NCBI RefSeq assembly: GCF_009914755.1
Contig: NC_060939.1
Length of the DNA stretch: 64,000 bases
Source of the DNA: the human T2T-CHM13v2.0 reference genome, Homo sapiens
Strand: one strand, 5' to 3'
In this document: one piece after another, positions 30,701 to 44,094 of the stretch
Numbering within the stretch: position 1 is the first letter of the stretch
Layout of the letters: each line of letters opens with the position of its first letter
Notes under the pieces: model-generated
Told to the model about the DNA's origin: nothing
Database searches by the model: none
Seen by the model: only the letters and a program-made list of their open reading frames with translations
Translations under genes and position numbers: made by a program

Positions 30701-31509
30701 GAACAAGCTGCCAGGTCCCCAGAAAGTGCTTAGTGGGGTGCAGGGTCTGCCCCTTTGCTGGGCACTCTACCTACTGAGGCACTGCTGCCCATCTGGAACT
30801 CAGTCTATCAACAATAAGTGAAACTTGCCTTTCTCCACTGACAAATTCTCTCAGCCTCTGTTTGGCTTACTTGGAATTTGTTTGACAGTATATCTGTCTG
30901 GCCCATAAAGAGGGGAATTTAGACAGGGTTGAAATGCATCAAATTAAGTCCTGTCTCCACAAAGAAAACACTTTTGTACTTCTGTGAAAAGGCTGCAGAG
31001 ACGTGGTGACTGGCCATGAGTCAGCCCAGGACTGTGGTGCAGCTGTGGTCCTTAATCCCTGCCCCACAAAAGATTTGATTTAAATGCCTTGTCACACTTG
31101 TTGAAATCTGGGAAGTGGTATCGTTAAAAAAAAAAAAAAAAAAGGACTTGGTTTAAACTTAATTTTAATACTCTGTTAGATTTTGCTTCTTTTGCAGTAC
31201 CTAGCGCCTTAGCGGTAGTTAAATTTATAAAAATGAGACTTACAATCTTTTGACCAAAATAATGAGGCACTTTCTTCTCCTGAGGGACGATGAGTGTTCT
31301 TTTACCAAAGAAGAGTGGCAATCCTAGGTCACATGGCTGAGGGCTTAACTAGGTGCTAGGCACTATTCTAAGCTCATTTTCTTTCGAACATTCTAAGTAC
31401 TTTTCTAAGCACTATTTCATGTGCTTTGAGTATTTTAAGTATTTTTCAGGTGCTTAGAGCATTCTAAATACTTTTCAGTGTTTCTTCAGAGCCAACCTAT
31501 GAAGTAGGA

Positions 31510-32620
<1,111 letters not shown>

Positions 32621-32659
32621 ATATCACTTGAATGCAAAAATAGTGCCCATTCAAATGAA

Positions 32660-33112
32660 TCATTTGACAAGTAGACCTGTATAATCACTCTTACAGTCGT
32701 GAGATAGGACAGTTTCCCCCACCCCTCCACAGTCAGTCCCTGCCCATCTCCCACTCCCAGCCCCAGGCCGTCACTGACCTGCTTTCTATCACTATAGATT
32801 AGGTTTGTCTTTTCTAGAATTTTGTGTACATGGAATCCTACAGTATATGCTCTTTTGTGCCTGATTTCTTTTTCTCAGCATAATGTTTTTGAGATTGATC
32901 TATGTTACGGCATGTACCAGAAGTTTATTCCTTTTCATTACTGAGTACTATGACTTTGTATGGATATATCACAGTTTACCAGTTCACCTGCTGATATGAA
33001 TATTTGGGTTGATTCTGGTCTTTGGATGTGATAAATAAAGCTGTTCTGAATGTTTATACATAGGTCTTCCTGAAGACACACATTTTCATTTCTCTCTACT
33101 AAATACCTAGAT
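32660..33112 (-). mobile_element. L1MB/ME 3' fragment
   Basis: ctttctatcactatagattagg...catggaatcctacagtat...taaatacctag. Confidence 0.7.
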
Positions 33113-34204
33113 ATGGCTTAAAATATATTTTGAATGAATTTTGGAAGTGAAGAATTGGAGCCTTAGAGAGGGTCAGTGACATTCCCAAGAACACACAGCC
33201 AGTGTGTTGGAGTGGGGTTTGCACCTGGGTGGCTTAACTCCAAAGTGCCTGAGTTTTGCATCTTTCATTGAAGGTAAATTATTTTCTATAGCCCAAGGCA
33301 GCCAAGGAATCTGGCCTATGCTTTAGTGTGGCCAGCCCTCTGCTCCTGGAGACAGGACAGTAGACAGACCTGAGCAGAGGTTGCACACCCACTTCCCCAT
33401 TGATTCCCTTCTCTCTGCCCCAATCCCACTGCTGTTCCCTAGCTTTCTCCTCTCAGCACCGAGCAGTAATGGCTGTATTGAGGGAAAAGCAGATGTTGCA
33501 GCTCCTATTCTGATTGGAGCACATGGTGTGTTCCCCTCTAGCTGGAGGCTTCTCAGCCTGCATACAGCTGGGGCCCACATTTCTCATGGCCTGGATCCAG
33601 GTCAGCAGCTGGGCTGGGGTAGGTTTTCTGTTGCAGCTTCCATGTAGATAGTGAGAAATGGATACTGGATCTCAGTTCTCCTCTTTGGTAAAGACACCCC
33701 TTTCTTTCACATCTGGGACTCTCCATTGGACACTTGCTGAACACATGATGCAGAATTATTACAAAGGATAGAATCCCTCAGCAGATTACAGCTTAATTGA
33801 AAGGATGGCAAGCGAATATACATGAATACAGTTTTTATAAAAGGTTGCAGAAATAAAACTACCTAACCATGCATGGGCCGTCTCCATTTTAGCAAGGTAG
33901 AAAGTGCATGGCAGCAGTAAATACTTTATACCAATAGGATAAAGGAAGAGAATGAGGAAGAGTGAATTTCAGGGGTGTTTAGCATTGCACCTTTCAAAGA
34001 GTAGACAGAGCAGAATAAGGTAAAAGAGACTGCAAGGATTGCAGGTACCTGGGCCTCAGGCAGCATCACGAGTGTAAAATAGGGGCTAAATAAGCAGCAG
34101 AAAGGACTTCCTTCGCTGTGACTTCCTTTACAAGTTCCCCAGCCTTGAAGAGACTCTATTTTATATTGTTCCCTTCTGCACTGGGAGCATCCTGGCTAAC
34201 AAAT

Positions 34205-34390
34205 GAGCCAGTGATACCCAAAACCTAGTGCGTGAGGAGTAGCTGGTGGTGTGTTGAAAACACAGATTCCCACAACCTACTCCCAGTGACTTGAAGCTAA
34301 TTGATCCGGGATGGGGCTTAGGAATCTGCATTTTTAGCAATTCTTGGATGACTGTGATGCTTGTTGTCAGGAAACCATACTTAGGAGAAA
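34205..34390. mobile_element. MER5-type hAT fragment
   Basis: aaaacacagattccc...gatggggcttaggaatctgcatttttagcaa. Confidence 0.6.
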
Positions 34391-34864
34391 GAGTGATCCA
34401 AGCCCAGCATCTTCCTCAGTGAGCAAGGTTCAGTGGGAGCCCAGGAAGGTAACTGACTGGAGGCCGGCTAAGTTGCCGCATTCCCAAGGCTGAGCCTCCT
34501 GACCAGTGGCCACTCACCCATTGCCAGGCCTGATCTTCATGGAATCCCACAAGAGGTGAATGCAAAAGATTAATATGTAAATAACACAGCACCCTTGCCC
34601 CCTGCGGTGTGTTGCCTCTTACTTTTTGTGCTGAATGCTCTATAGTGCTTGTAAATAGAATTCCCCATTGGTTTGTGTTATTGCGTTATTTGCTTGGTAT
34701 TTTTGCCTTCTATTGTCTTTACCCTCCCTGTGATCCAAAATGAACAGCCTGATGTTAACCTGTCTTCTCTACATCATAGGGTTGTGGGGAGAATTAAATG
34801 AACTAATGTGTGTAAAGCGTGTAGAATAGGGCCTGGCACACAGCAACCACTTGGTAAATGTCTG

Positions 34865-34874
34865 TCGTCATCAT

Positions 34875-34906
<32 letters not shown>

Positions 34907-34945
34907 GCATCAGCATCATCAGCATCATCATCTCATCACCACCAT
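34865..34945. repeat. Compound (CAT)n(CAG)n trinucleotide repeat at the end of a MIR
   Basis: tcatcatcatcatcat cagcagcagcag...catcagcatcatc; preceding MIR tail 34770-34862. Confidence 0.9.
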
Positions 34946-35009
34946 TTCATGGGTATAAACCTGCACATTTGTATTAATATAAATCCACACATATGATTAA
35001 ATCTTCTGT

Positions 35010-35585
35010 TCAAGTGCTTTTATTGGTTCCCAGTGTCCTACTTAGGAGGACCCAACTCCTAGCCTGGAAGCCAAGGTTGGCCTCAGCCTTCCTTGTCAGT
35101 CTCAGCTTTTCCTTTCACCTATACAGTGTTTGAATTGAGCTGGATCGCTCTCTGTTCTCTCCCATGCTTTTCCACATATTTTCTTCTACTAGACTTCATG
35201 CTTGGAGAGCCCTTCCTTGAAATATCCTACACCATGACTGTCCTTCAGTACCAGAGCAAAACACAAGAGTCATCCTCTCCCTTAAGGTTTCTCCAACTCT
35301 CCCAGATAGTATTAACATCTTCTTTCTGTGAAATCTCAGGGGGTTACCTGTATCATTTATCTGCACTTCCCTTATAACACCTGACACGTTGTTCTGCCAT
35401 GTGATGGCAGCAGTTGAGCTTGGGTCTGTACTCTCCTATTAGAGAACAACAGGGCAGTGACTTTTGGACATGGCTGTGTGTTATATACTTCTTCATATCC
35501 TCACCCTGTCCTGACTGCTCCTTCCCCAACACAGCAACCTTCATCTGGCATCTCCATTTGTTGATGAATAAATAAAATATAATGA
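35010..35585 (+). mobile_element. L2 fragment
   Basis: Ends tttgttgatgaataaataaaat; L2-like body. Confidence 0.5.
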
Positions 35586-36239
35586 ACACTGCAAGGGTGC
35601 CATGTGTACCAGTCAGTCTTGGGTAGAGGAGAGAAAGCAGAGAACTTATGTAGGTAGGGTGCTCTTTTTCTCTCTCTTTTCATCTTTTTGCAGAGGCTCA
35701 CTTAGCTGGTGTAACCTGTGCTCCAAAATTTCCCTCTTAGCCTCTCCCTCCCTCACTCCAACTAAAACATCTTGGTTCTGAATGGAATTGTTGGCTCGCT
35801 AACATTTGTTAACTAATTTTTGTGAGTATGCCAAAGGTTGATAATGGCTTAAGAGCCTTCTCTTCTGTTTTAACCAGTACTGATTTCTCATGCTCAGTTT
35901 TGGGACACAGAGGATCCTTTGGCCAGCAGATTCTAACTAGTGGCATGGAAGCTCCTAGGATATGGCAGATGTTAATACAGTGGTCTTTCAAATCCACATA
36001 TGTGGATATTTTAAAAAACCCTATTTTTAGATATTTGTATCCGTATTTTTTTCAAATATATGTAGATGCTGTAATGAGTATGCTGAAATTATTTAAAGGA
36101 ATTACTGAGTACAAGCTTTTTGTCAATTTGCAGGTTGCCAATCATGAGATGTTAACATAAAATGACTATTATGTGTTGAGCTCAAGAAATTTTTGTTAAC
36201 AGATGGGTTCTCACACTCAGAACTTTCTGTGTCTCTAGA

Positions 36240-36731
36240 TTGTGCTGTTCAGTGTGATAGCCACCAGCTGCATGTGGGTCCTGAGCATTTGAAATGTGGC
36301 TGATGCAATGGAGGAATGGAATTTAAAATTTTATTTAATTTTAATTAATTTAAATTTAAAAACTGATACTGGATCCAGTTACTGGAAAACTTTTTAAGTA
36401 TGTTTGAAACTACTTGGATATATGAATCTACTTTTTCCACTGTAAATTTTATGAACTCTAAATACAGATCAAGTATTTCCAATGAAAATTTAGCTTCTGA
36501 ATTGAGGTGTGCAGTGAGTGTGAAAGATAGTCCAGGTTTCAAAAACTTATAATATCTCATTAGTAACTTCTTATATTGAATACATTGAAATGACAAATAT
36601 CTTGGATATATTGTGCTAAGTAAAATGTTTTTAAAATTTACTTCACCTGTTTATTTTTTGTTTTTAAAATGTGGCTAATAGAAAATTTATATTACATAGG
36701 TGCCTCATTGTATTTCTGTTGGACCAGGCTG
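36240..36731. mobile_element. Charlie1-derived hAT element (Charlie1b/MER3/MER33 group)
   Basis: gtgctgttcag...gagcatttgaaatgtggct...aaatttaaa; ends tatttctgttggaccaggctg. Confidence 0.8.
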
Positions 36732-37049
36732 CACTAAACCATTTCTCTCAGTGGTTGACATTCCTTCCATCACAAACCTGTTCACTCTCCTTTTTCTCTG
36801 AGTTTCATATGGAACAAAAGGCTTCTATAGTTACTTTAAAATAAGTGATTATATTTTACTGAGGCAGCATGCACACCTCATGAGAAGCCCTTTGCAGGGT
36901 CCTTCTGTTCCCCATCTATCCCTTTCCTCTACATCTTCATTTTATCCAGATCATGGTATTTGCTAGCAGCTTGCAAAACCATAGGCACAAGGCAGGGAGA
37001 AATACAAGATAGAGTAATGGTGGGAGACTTCAAATATTTGGGCCTGTAG

Positions 37050-39440
37050 AGGCAGATGCATTCAATTAAAAAGCAGCGTACCAGACAATGCATTGTCAGG
37101 CCTTGCTGAAAAAGTCATCTCCTAAGATATAGAAGTGACAAGGTAGACAGAATTGTGTCCAACAAGGAAGACCCAGGTTGATGTGCTGGAGAAGAAAGAG
37201 ATCTGAGAAGAAATGGATTCTATCTAACGTTCATCAAAACAAAAGGAAAGATGACAAGGCAGAAGAACCTTAGATTTGGGCAAGGCAGGCTTCAGAAACT
37301 TTAGAAAAGAGCAGTAGATGTAATTCCACAGTATGCAATTCTAACAGGAAAGAGGGCTCATTAATGGAAGGAGGTCTCAAAAAGTAACTCTGCCACTTGC
37401 AAACGATCTCAGGAAGGAAGACAAGAAGGTATATAAGAACAGCTTTCTCAGGAGCTGAGAGGCAAAAAGGACACATACTGAAGATGGACAGAGGGACATG
37501 TAACTAAGAGGAGTATGACAGGGTAGCAGCAACATGTAGGAGCATTACCCAGAGGGCTGAGGGCTCAGATCAGCTGATGCCTGTGAAAAATAATGGCCAC
37601 ACTAAGAGCTATTTTAGTTCAGCTGGTGCAGAAAGAGTCACAGCATAGGACAGACTGGATAACCCTCCTCCTTGGGGGCCACAGTGTTTATCCATGTCCT
37701 GAGATTGGGAGGATAAACATTTATTAATTATGTGGAATTGAGAGCTCATGACTCCTGGACTGGATGAATTCCATTCCATGGGACCAAAAGTCAGTCAGTG
37801 AAATCACTGAACTTTCTGATAGACTCTTTGAAAGAGTGGAAGGACAAGAAAGGTGCTCAGCACTGCGAGGGGCAGAGGAAGGGAGGAGAAGTCATTTCCA
37901 GATTTAAAAGTGAAGTCAGTGGATGGTAAAGACTCCAGGGTAGTGAGTTGCACAATTCCAGACAAGATACTAGGATAGATCATGAAAAGTGTAGTTTGGG
38001 GACATTAGAAAAAACTCAAAAAAGCCATCAGTGATTGGCAGGACCCAGCTTAAGTTCAGCAAAAATAAGTCATTTAATCTACTATACAGCACAGCACCAA
38101 TAGCTAACGATGCTGTATTGTACACTTAGAATTTTCTAAAAGGATAGAGCTCATGTTAAATATTCTTACTATGCAAATAAATAAGTAGTAACAATAATAA
38201 AGGGGATAGGAGGAAACTTTGGGAGATGATGGATATGTCTGTGGCCTTGGTGGTGGTGATGGCTTCACTGATGTACACTTAGACCCAAGTCATTGAATTG
38301 CATTTATTATATATATACAGCCTTTTACATATCAGTCATGCCTCAGTAAAGTGGTTTTTAAAAAAGTTATCTCAGAGTAGTTTATTTTTCTTAATTTATT
38401 AGCTTATTGGACTAGAAGATTAGTGTTTCACATGTATATCACCAGTTCATAAGGCACTTAATAAGGTCTTTCCTAAAAGTGTTGTAAACCAAATTGAGAA
38501 ATGTAAACTGAACGATATGAGAATTGTGCGTGGAAACTAATGCCCTAATTAAAGAACACTGATCATTTCTTACTAGAATGCAAATTCTGAGTGAGCAGTC
38601 TTGGTTCTGTTTTCTCCTGTTTCTGCAGCACCTGTTTGCTTCACATATAGTAGGTAATTGGCAAATGTGTTTTATGAATTAATTAACTTGAAAAATATGG
38701 GTTGATTATTTACTATTGATTGTCATAGATTATCCATTTTCTGGTCCTGCGTCATTTATTCTCTTCTTGGTCTTGTCTGTTCAACGGTTTCATCAGTGAA
38801 TTAGGTAAAGTTCAAAAAGACATGCTTATCAAGCTGCAGATGGCATAAAGCTTTCAACAGTAGTTAATATATTGAATGGCATAATAAAAAAAGATCTGGA
38901 TAGTTAGAAATAATGGGGCTCATCTAAGAAGATAAATTTAAATAAAAGTATATGTGAGGCCCTGCACTTAATTTCAAAAAGCTAAGAGAACCAGCAGCAG
39001 TGGTACATCTGAACAAGAATTAAGGGTTTTAAATGGACAGTCTACTCAATCTGAGGCAACAGGGTGCTGTGCCTATTGAAGAACTAATGTGAACTTGGGA
39101 AACATTGAGATGGACAAAGATAAATCAGAGGAGGGGTTTGCTAGGAAAATGATGGGTGTTGAGGAGCCTCAGTGTGCTAGGAGGAACCACTGGGCCCATG
39201 GGAGCATGGAGCCTGGAGACACAGTAGATGGCTTTACTCAAAATGCAGGAGAATTCTACTACTTACAAGACACTTGTTATACATAGTCCAAATGGAGAAC
39301 AATGAGACCGGTCAATAGAAAATTAGAGGGATGAATTTGAGCCCAACAAAAGGAAGGATTTTCTAACAGCTAAGATGGAATACCACACAGGAGGAAAAGA
39401 GCTACTCCATCTCTAGGGGAAAACAGGGATGTCTGGATGA
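37050..39440 (+). mobile_element. Ancient CR1/L3 LINE remnant, interrupted by L1M and L2 pieces
   Basis: tcttggtcttgtctgttcaacggtttcatcagtga and atgcttatcaagctgcagatggcataaagct (decayed LFN.FI.D and MLIKFADDTKL) at 38760-38852; ggactggatgaattccat; gagctactccatctctagg near the 3' end. Confidence 0.65.
38080..38365 (+). mobile_element. L1MA/MB 3' end
   Basis: ctgtattgtacactt...ggaggaaactttgggagatgatggatatg...cctcagtaaagtgg. Confidence 0.75.
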
Positions 39441-41519
39441 CATTGGGTGTACCTGATATTAGCGTGGCCAATTTAGCACTGGGATTGTAACATTTTGTTC
39501 ATCCATTTATTTCAGTGCTGCTAAAGGCATTGCCAATGATTGAAGAACTATGAAAAACAAATTACAAAGCCTATTTTTATTACTATAAGTAAATTATTTT
39601 CAGTAGCCAGAGGCTGTGATACCTCCTAGTGGCTATGTCATCAAATCAGAAAACATGTAGTTTATTACCAGATGTTAAATTCTTTCACATTGCATTTCTG
39701 AAAAAAAGTTCAGAAAGTATGAAGAAAATAAGTAACCAAGAAAAGACTATAGTGACCTCAATCTTTATTTCCTCTGAATTCTCCCTTTTGTCACTTTCTT
39801 CCTTTTTTTCCTTTCTGCCTCCCTGCTCTTGCCCATTTTCTCCTGGATAATCTTTGACTCTGCTGTAGTGTTCAGAGTTTTAAAAATACAGTTGGTTTAG
39901 TTTAGGCAATGGAGAAGTCAGACTGAATTAATGAAAACATGTGAACAACGGGGCTTTCTATCTAACCTTCACACAGTTTGTCCAGTCATAAGAATATAAG
40001 AGTGCCCTGTGGTGAGAAGAAAGAGAAAACAGGGCTCTAGAATCCTGCCCAGGCTTTGGCTAGATGAGAACCATTTCTGAGGAGCACAATTATTGGTTGT
40101 ATACCAGGTGTGCTGGTAAAGGAGTTCATTCTTAAGAAGTTACACTATGATTTCAAAACAAAACAGCCAGACCCATTTTTATAGCATAGTGTGACTACAA
40201 ATTTCTGAACTGTTCGCATATCCCTGAAACTAATCCTGGTAGCAGTGCTGGTTGATCTAGTGATAACATATGCCCCTAAATTCACAAGGATTGTCAAGAA
40301 TCCTGAGAGATTTTCAGTCCAGCCTTACTATTTTGCAGATATGAAAATTAAGTTATTGCAGAGATAACTTACTTACATAAAGTTGTGGGGCTTCTCTGCA
40401 ATGAATAATCCTCTGCATTAATCTTCGTCTTGCTTCTGTGATAAATATTTTCCATATCTGATGAAGTATTGTTAGCATTGTAAATGGGAAGGAAGGGGGG
40501 AAGCTGGAAGTGAACTCTAGTTTTATTCATATTTTGTTATCCTGTCAATAAATTGCAAAAGCTCTTTAACTTTCCTCACACAATTTAATCATTCCTTTTT
40601 GAAAAACCAGCCTAGTTTTCAATTCACAAAGGTAAATCACAAAAAGACGTAAGGACTCAGTATAAAGAACAACAACAACAAAAACATCCCCACTGAGTTT
40701 GACTTGCCTCAACTCATCCAAATATATAACATCGGAGTAGATTCTGGGTCATCGCCTAGTTTTGCAGCTTCAAAACAGGACTTTTGTTTCTTCATTGTAG
40801 CCTTCCTGTCTTTTTTTTTTTTTTTTTTTTTTTTTACCATGGTGGCTCCTTACTACAAGGTCTGGATAACTAGTCTGCTTCTCTTCTCTTAGAGTCAGCA
40901 GGGCTTTGTGGCTTGGGGAGACACAGGGTTCAGCAGCCCCCACATTAGTCTGTGTGGCCCTCATCTGACCTTGGCTTTGCCTTTGTGATCTTCCCAAGGC
41001 TGTTGAAGCTGAGATTTCTGGAAAGTGATGACATGGATGGATGAGCCTCCTGGTCCTGTGTAAGTGGTGTTCAATTCAGTGATAATGTTCAATATAAAAT
41101 GCTTGTACCTTTCTGGGTGAGGCAGCTGGTTCCCAGAAAAAGTGCAGTGAGCAGTGTCCTTCCCATGCACCTTGTCGGAGTGCCCCAGAACCTCCTCGCC
41201 TGCAGTCTCGGCAGCGTTCCACCCAGTCAGCAGGGAGGGTGATGGAGAAGGCCTTTTTCATCAGGTGGGCTCTAGTGTCTCGAGATTGGAGAAATAGCCT
41301 CCTAAACTTAGAGCGAGGTCCAGAAGAGAGGGTTTCAATCCGAAACATGACAGTGTCCTGAAAACTTTACCTGCTTCAATCCACCTCAAAATAGTAGGGT
41401 TTTTTAGTCATCTTTAGGGATGTTTCCCAAGATTAGGGAGGGCCTCAGGGAGCTCTTGCTGTGCACCAGCACTGACAGACAGACTTTTCCTGGACCAGTT
41501 ACTCTCTGCTCAATCGTGA

Positions 41520-41720
41520 CATATATGACTATATGCCGGATACAGCTTAAACATTTGTATTTTATAACATCACTTTTTGAAACAATTCTGTAATCCCCAG
41601 TTTGCAGAGAAGGAAACTGAATCACCAAAAAGTGGTCATTTGCCAAAGGCCACACACCTAGAAAGTGGCAGAACCAGGCAGCCTGGCTCCAGGACCAAAC
41701 CCTAGCCACTGCACTCTGTT
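41520..41720 (-). mobile_element. MIR
   Basis: ccagtttgcagagaaggaaactga...tttgccaaaggccacac. Confidence 0.65.
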
Positions 41721-42044
41721 GTCCTAACATAGACCTTGTTCTTCTCTCCTTCAAGCCCTCTCCCTATAGCCTACCCAAACCCAGCCATTCAGCTGTCCAC
41801 AAATGCCATTGGCACTCCTCCACCAAATTACCTTTGTTCAGTCTCTGGTCCTTTGATGCCCTTGGTCCTCTCCCTTTTGTTAAAAGCCTACTCATCATCT
41901 ATGGCCGAGCTCACATGCTGCCTCCTCCATGAAGGCTACCCTTCTCCTTCCATCTATAGTTTCTGTCTCTGTGTTTGAGGAGCTCCTTTACCATAGGATT
42001 CTCTCTGTTACCTTCATGGCAGGTGTCAGTTTGTAATTCCTTCA

Positions 42045-42115
42045 TCTATCTATCTGTCTGTCTGTCTGTCTGTCTGTCTATCCATCCATCCATCCATCTT
42101 CATCATTTATCTATC
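42045..42115. repeat. (TCTA)(TCTG)(TCCA) compound tetranucleotide repeat inside an L2 fragment (~41900-42250)
   Basis: Read directly. Confidence 0.85.
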
Positions 42116-42323
42116 TAATTTATTATCTATTGCTCAGATCCTTCTCTGCTCTAGACTTTAAAGGAAGATACCATGTCCATTTTTTTCTGAATATGAGACA
42201 CCCAGCACCTATAACAGAGCATGGGCTGAAATATTTTCTGAGTGAATGAGGAAGTAAGTTGATAGATGTGTGTACCTTTCCTATAGTAGCTGTCACATTC
42301 TGCCTTATGTGTTGGTTCTCTTT

Positions 42324-42659
42324 GTGAAATGTCTCTCTTCCAGACTTGATTATAATCCCCATGGACTTTAAGGCTTAGATCATGGACAGTATCTTATTCA
42401 TCCAAACATTCATCCCATACCTAATATAATGTGCTAGTGCCTAGCACATGGAAAATGCTCATCAATGTATATGTGTTCACTTGAATTTAAGGGACACTTT
42501 CAGCCATCATACTATCGCTTATTTAAATGTTTCTGTGCTATTAACAAGTGTTTGAAAATGCATCTTTTTCCCCCTGTAGGAGTCTTGATACCATGGCAAC
42601 CACATTGGTTTGACTTGGAAGTATGTCTTAGGAACTGAAGGCTTTTCCTTCTACCTGCT
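42324..42659 (+). repeat. Left arm of a local inverted duplication (L2 3' end plus unique sequence)
   Basis: Aligns along its length to the reverse complement of 43753-44094, about 88% identity by hand count. Confidence 0.95.
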
Positions 42660-43369
42660 GCTATACAACCATGCACTGAGATGCTTTCCAAAAAAGGCTA
42701 TTATTTCCATCTGAGCAGGTTTGAGTAGGTAGAGCCCTTTCCTCTACACACTCTGACACGGTTTCCACATGGTCTGCCCCACCTCTACCTCTCAACCTGT
42801 TACTGATGAGTTATTTTGATGTCTGTAATCATCATGTCAGAAAATCAACAGCAGTCATTCCCTTGATACTTTTACTGGCACAGAACACTAAAGTTCAGAG
42901 CTCTACAGCCAGATGTGCTAAGAAGAGCAGCTGGCAAGCTATGCTGCTTACAGATAGGACACAGCTGGCCATAAAGAATGCTGACTCCCAGTTCTTGGCT
43001 GTGATTCTCATCTTTCATGTAGGTAATCACTTTTGTGGCCCAGATACAAAGTAAACGTATTGGACATATTATAGGTGCCCAGGTTTTCATTTTATAGCTA
43101 GGCATTTTAAGAAGATTGTCATGCCAAGATGTTGGCAGCTTTGGTGCAAGACAAGCAAGGGTGTGAGCCAGGATGGAGAAAGTCAAGTAAAGCATCCAGA
43201 TGAACCAGGAAAAAACTGGAACCAGGGCAGGGCTCAAGGCAAAGTCAGCTTCAAAGCAATTTTAGGCAAGCAGGGAAGACAGACATAAGGAACTGGAAAT
43301 AAAGATGACTCATATCTAGAGCAGTAGCATTTAGAGATGGGTGCTTCGCCATACTGTCTACTGCCTACC

Positions 43370-43745
43370 TCCTAAGGAGATATAGACACAAGAATGGAAA
43401 TACCGCAAAGTAGGGATTTTAGTCTGTTTTGTCCCTCACTTGATCCTTCGCTCCAAGAACAACAGTTTCTGGCACAAAGAAGATGCTCAGTAAACATTTG
43501 GTGACTGAATGAATGGGCCCAAGACAAATCATTATTTTTATTTCATATTTATTTTGTAACATATTTAGCAAAAGCGTTCACACACAATCTCATGTAAACC
43601 TGGTAACAGCTCTTTGAGAGAGCATATTATCCTGTTTTATGAATGAGAGAACAGGTAAGGAGGTAAAGTGGCTGAGAAACAGAGGGTTGCTCAGCTGGAA
43701 ACTGGCATCGCAGGGCTTCAGCCTCAAGTCTGGAGCTCCTGCTGC
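43370..43745. mobile_element. L2 3' end (43370-43512, plus) and MIR (43560-43745, minus) in the spacer
   Basis: tgctcagtaaacatttggtgactgaatgaat; ttatcctgttttatgaatgag. Confidence 0.55.
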
Positions 43746-43752
43746 TATTTGG

Positions 43753-44094
43753 AGCAGGTAGAAGGGAAAGCCTTCAGCTCCAAAGCATACTTCCAAGTCA
43801 AACCAATGCGGTTGCCATGGTATCAAGGCTCCTGCAGGAGGGAAAAAGATGCATTTTCAAACACTTGTTAGTAGCACAGAAACATTTAAACAAGTGACAA
43901 TGTGATGGCTGAAAGTGTCATGAGGCCCCTTAAATTCAAGTGAACAAACATACATTGATAAGCACTTTCTATGTGCTAGGCGCCAGCACATGATGCTAGG
44001 TATGGATGAATGTTTAGATAAATAAAATACTGTCCATGATCTAAGCTTTATTGTCCATGGGGTTTATAATCATGTCAGGCAGTAGACATTTTAC
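43753..44094 (-). repeat. Right arm of the local inverted duplication
   Basis: e.g. ttccaagtcaaaccaatgcggttgccatggtatcaagg is the reverse complement, with two substitutions, of the left arm's tcttgataccatggcaaccacattggtttgacttggaa. Confidence 0.95.

Noticed and set aside
34808-34996. Poly-Ser/Ala/His ORF resembling a transcription-factor tract
   Set aside because: Translation of the CAT/CAG repeat at a MIR tail; no exon context
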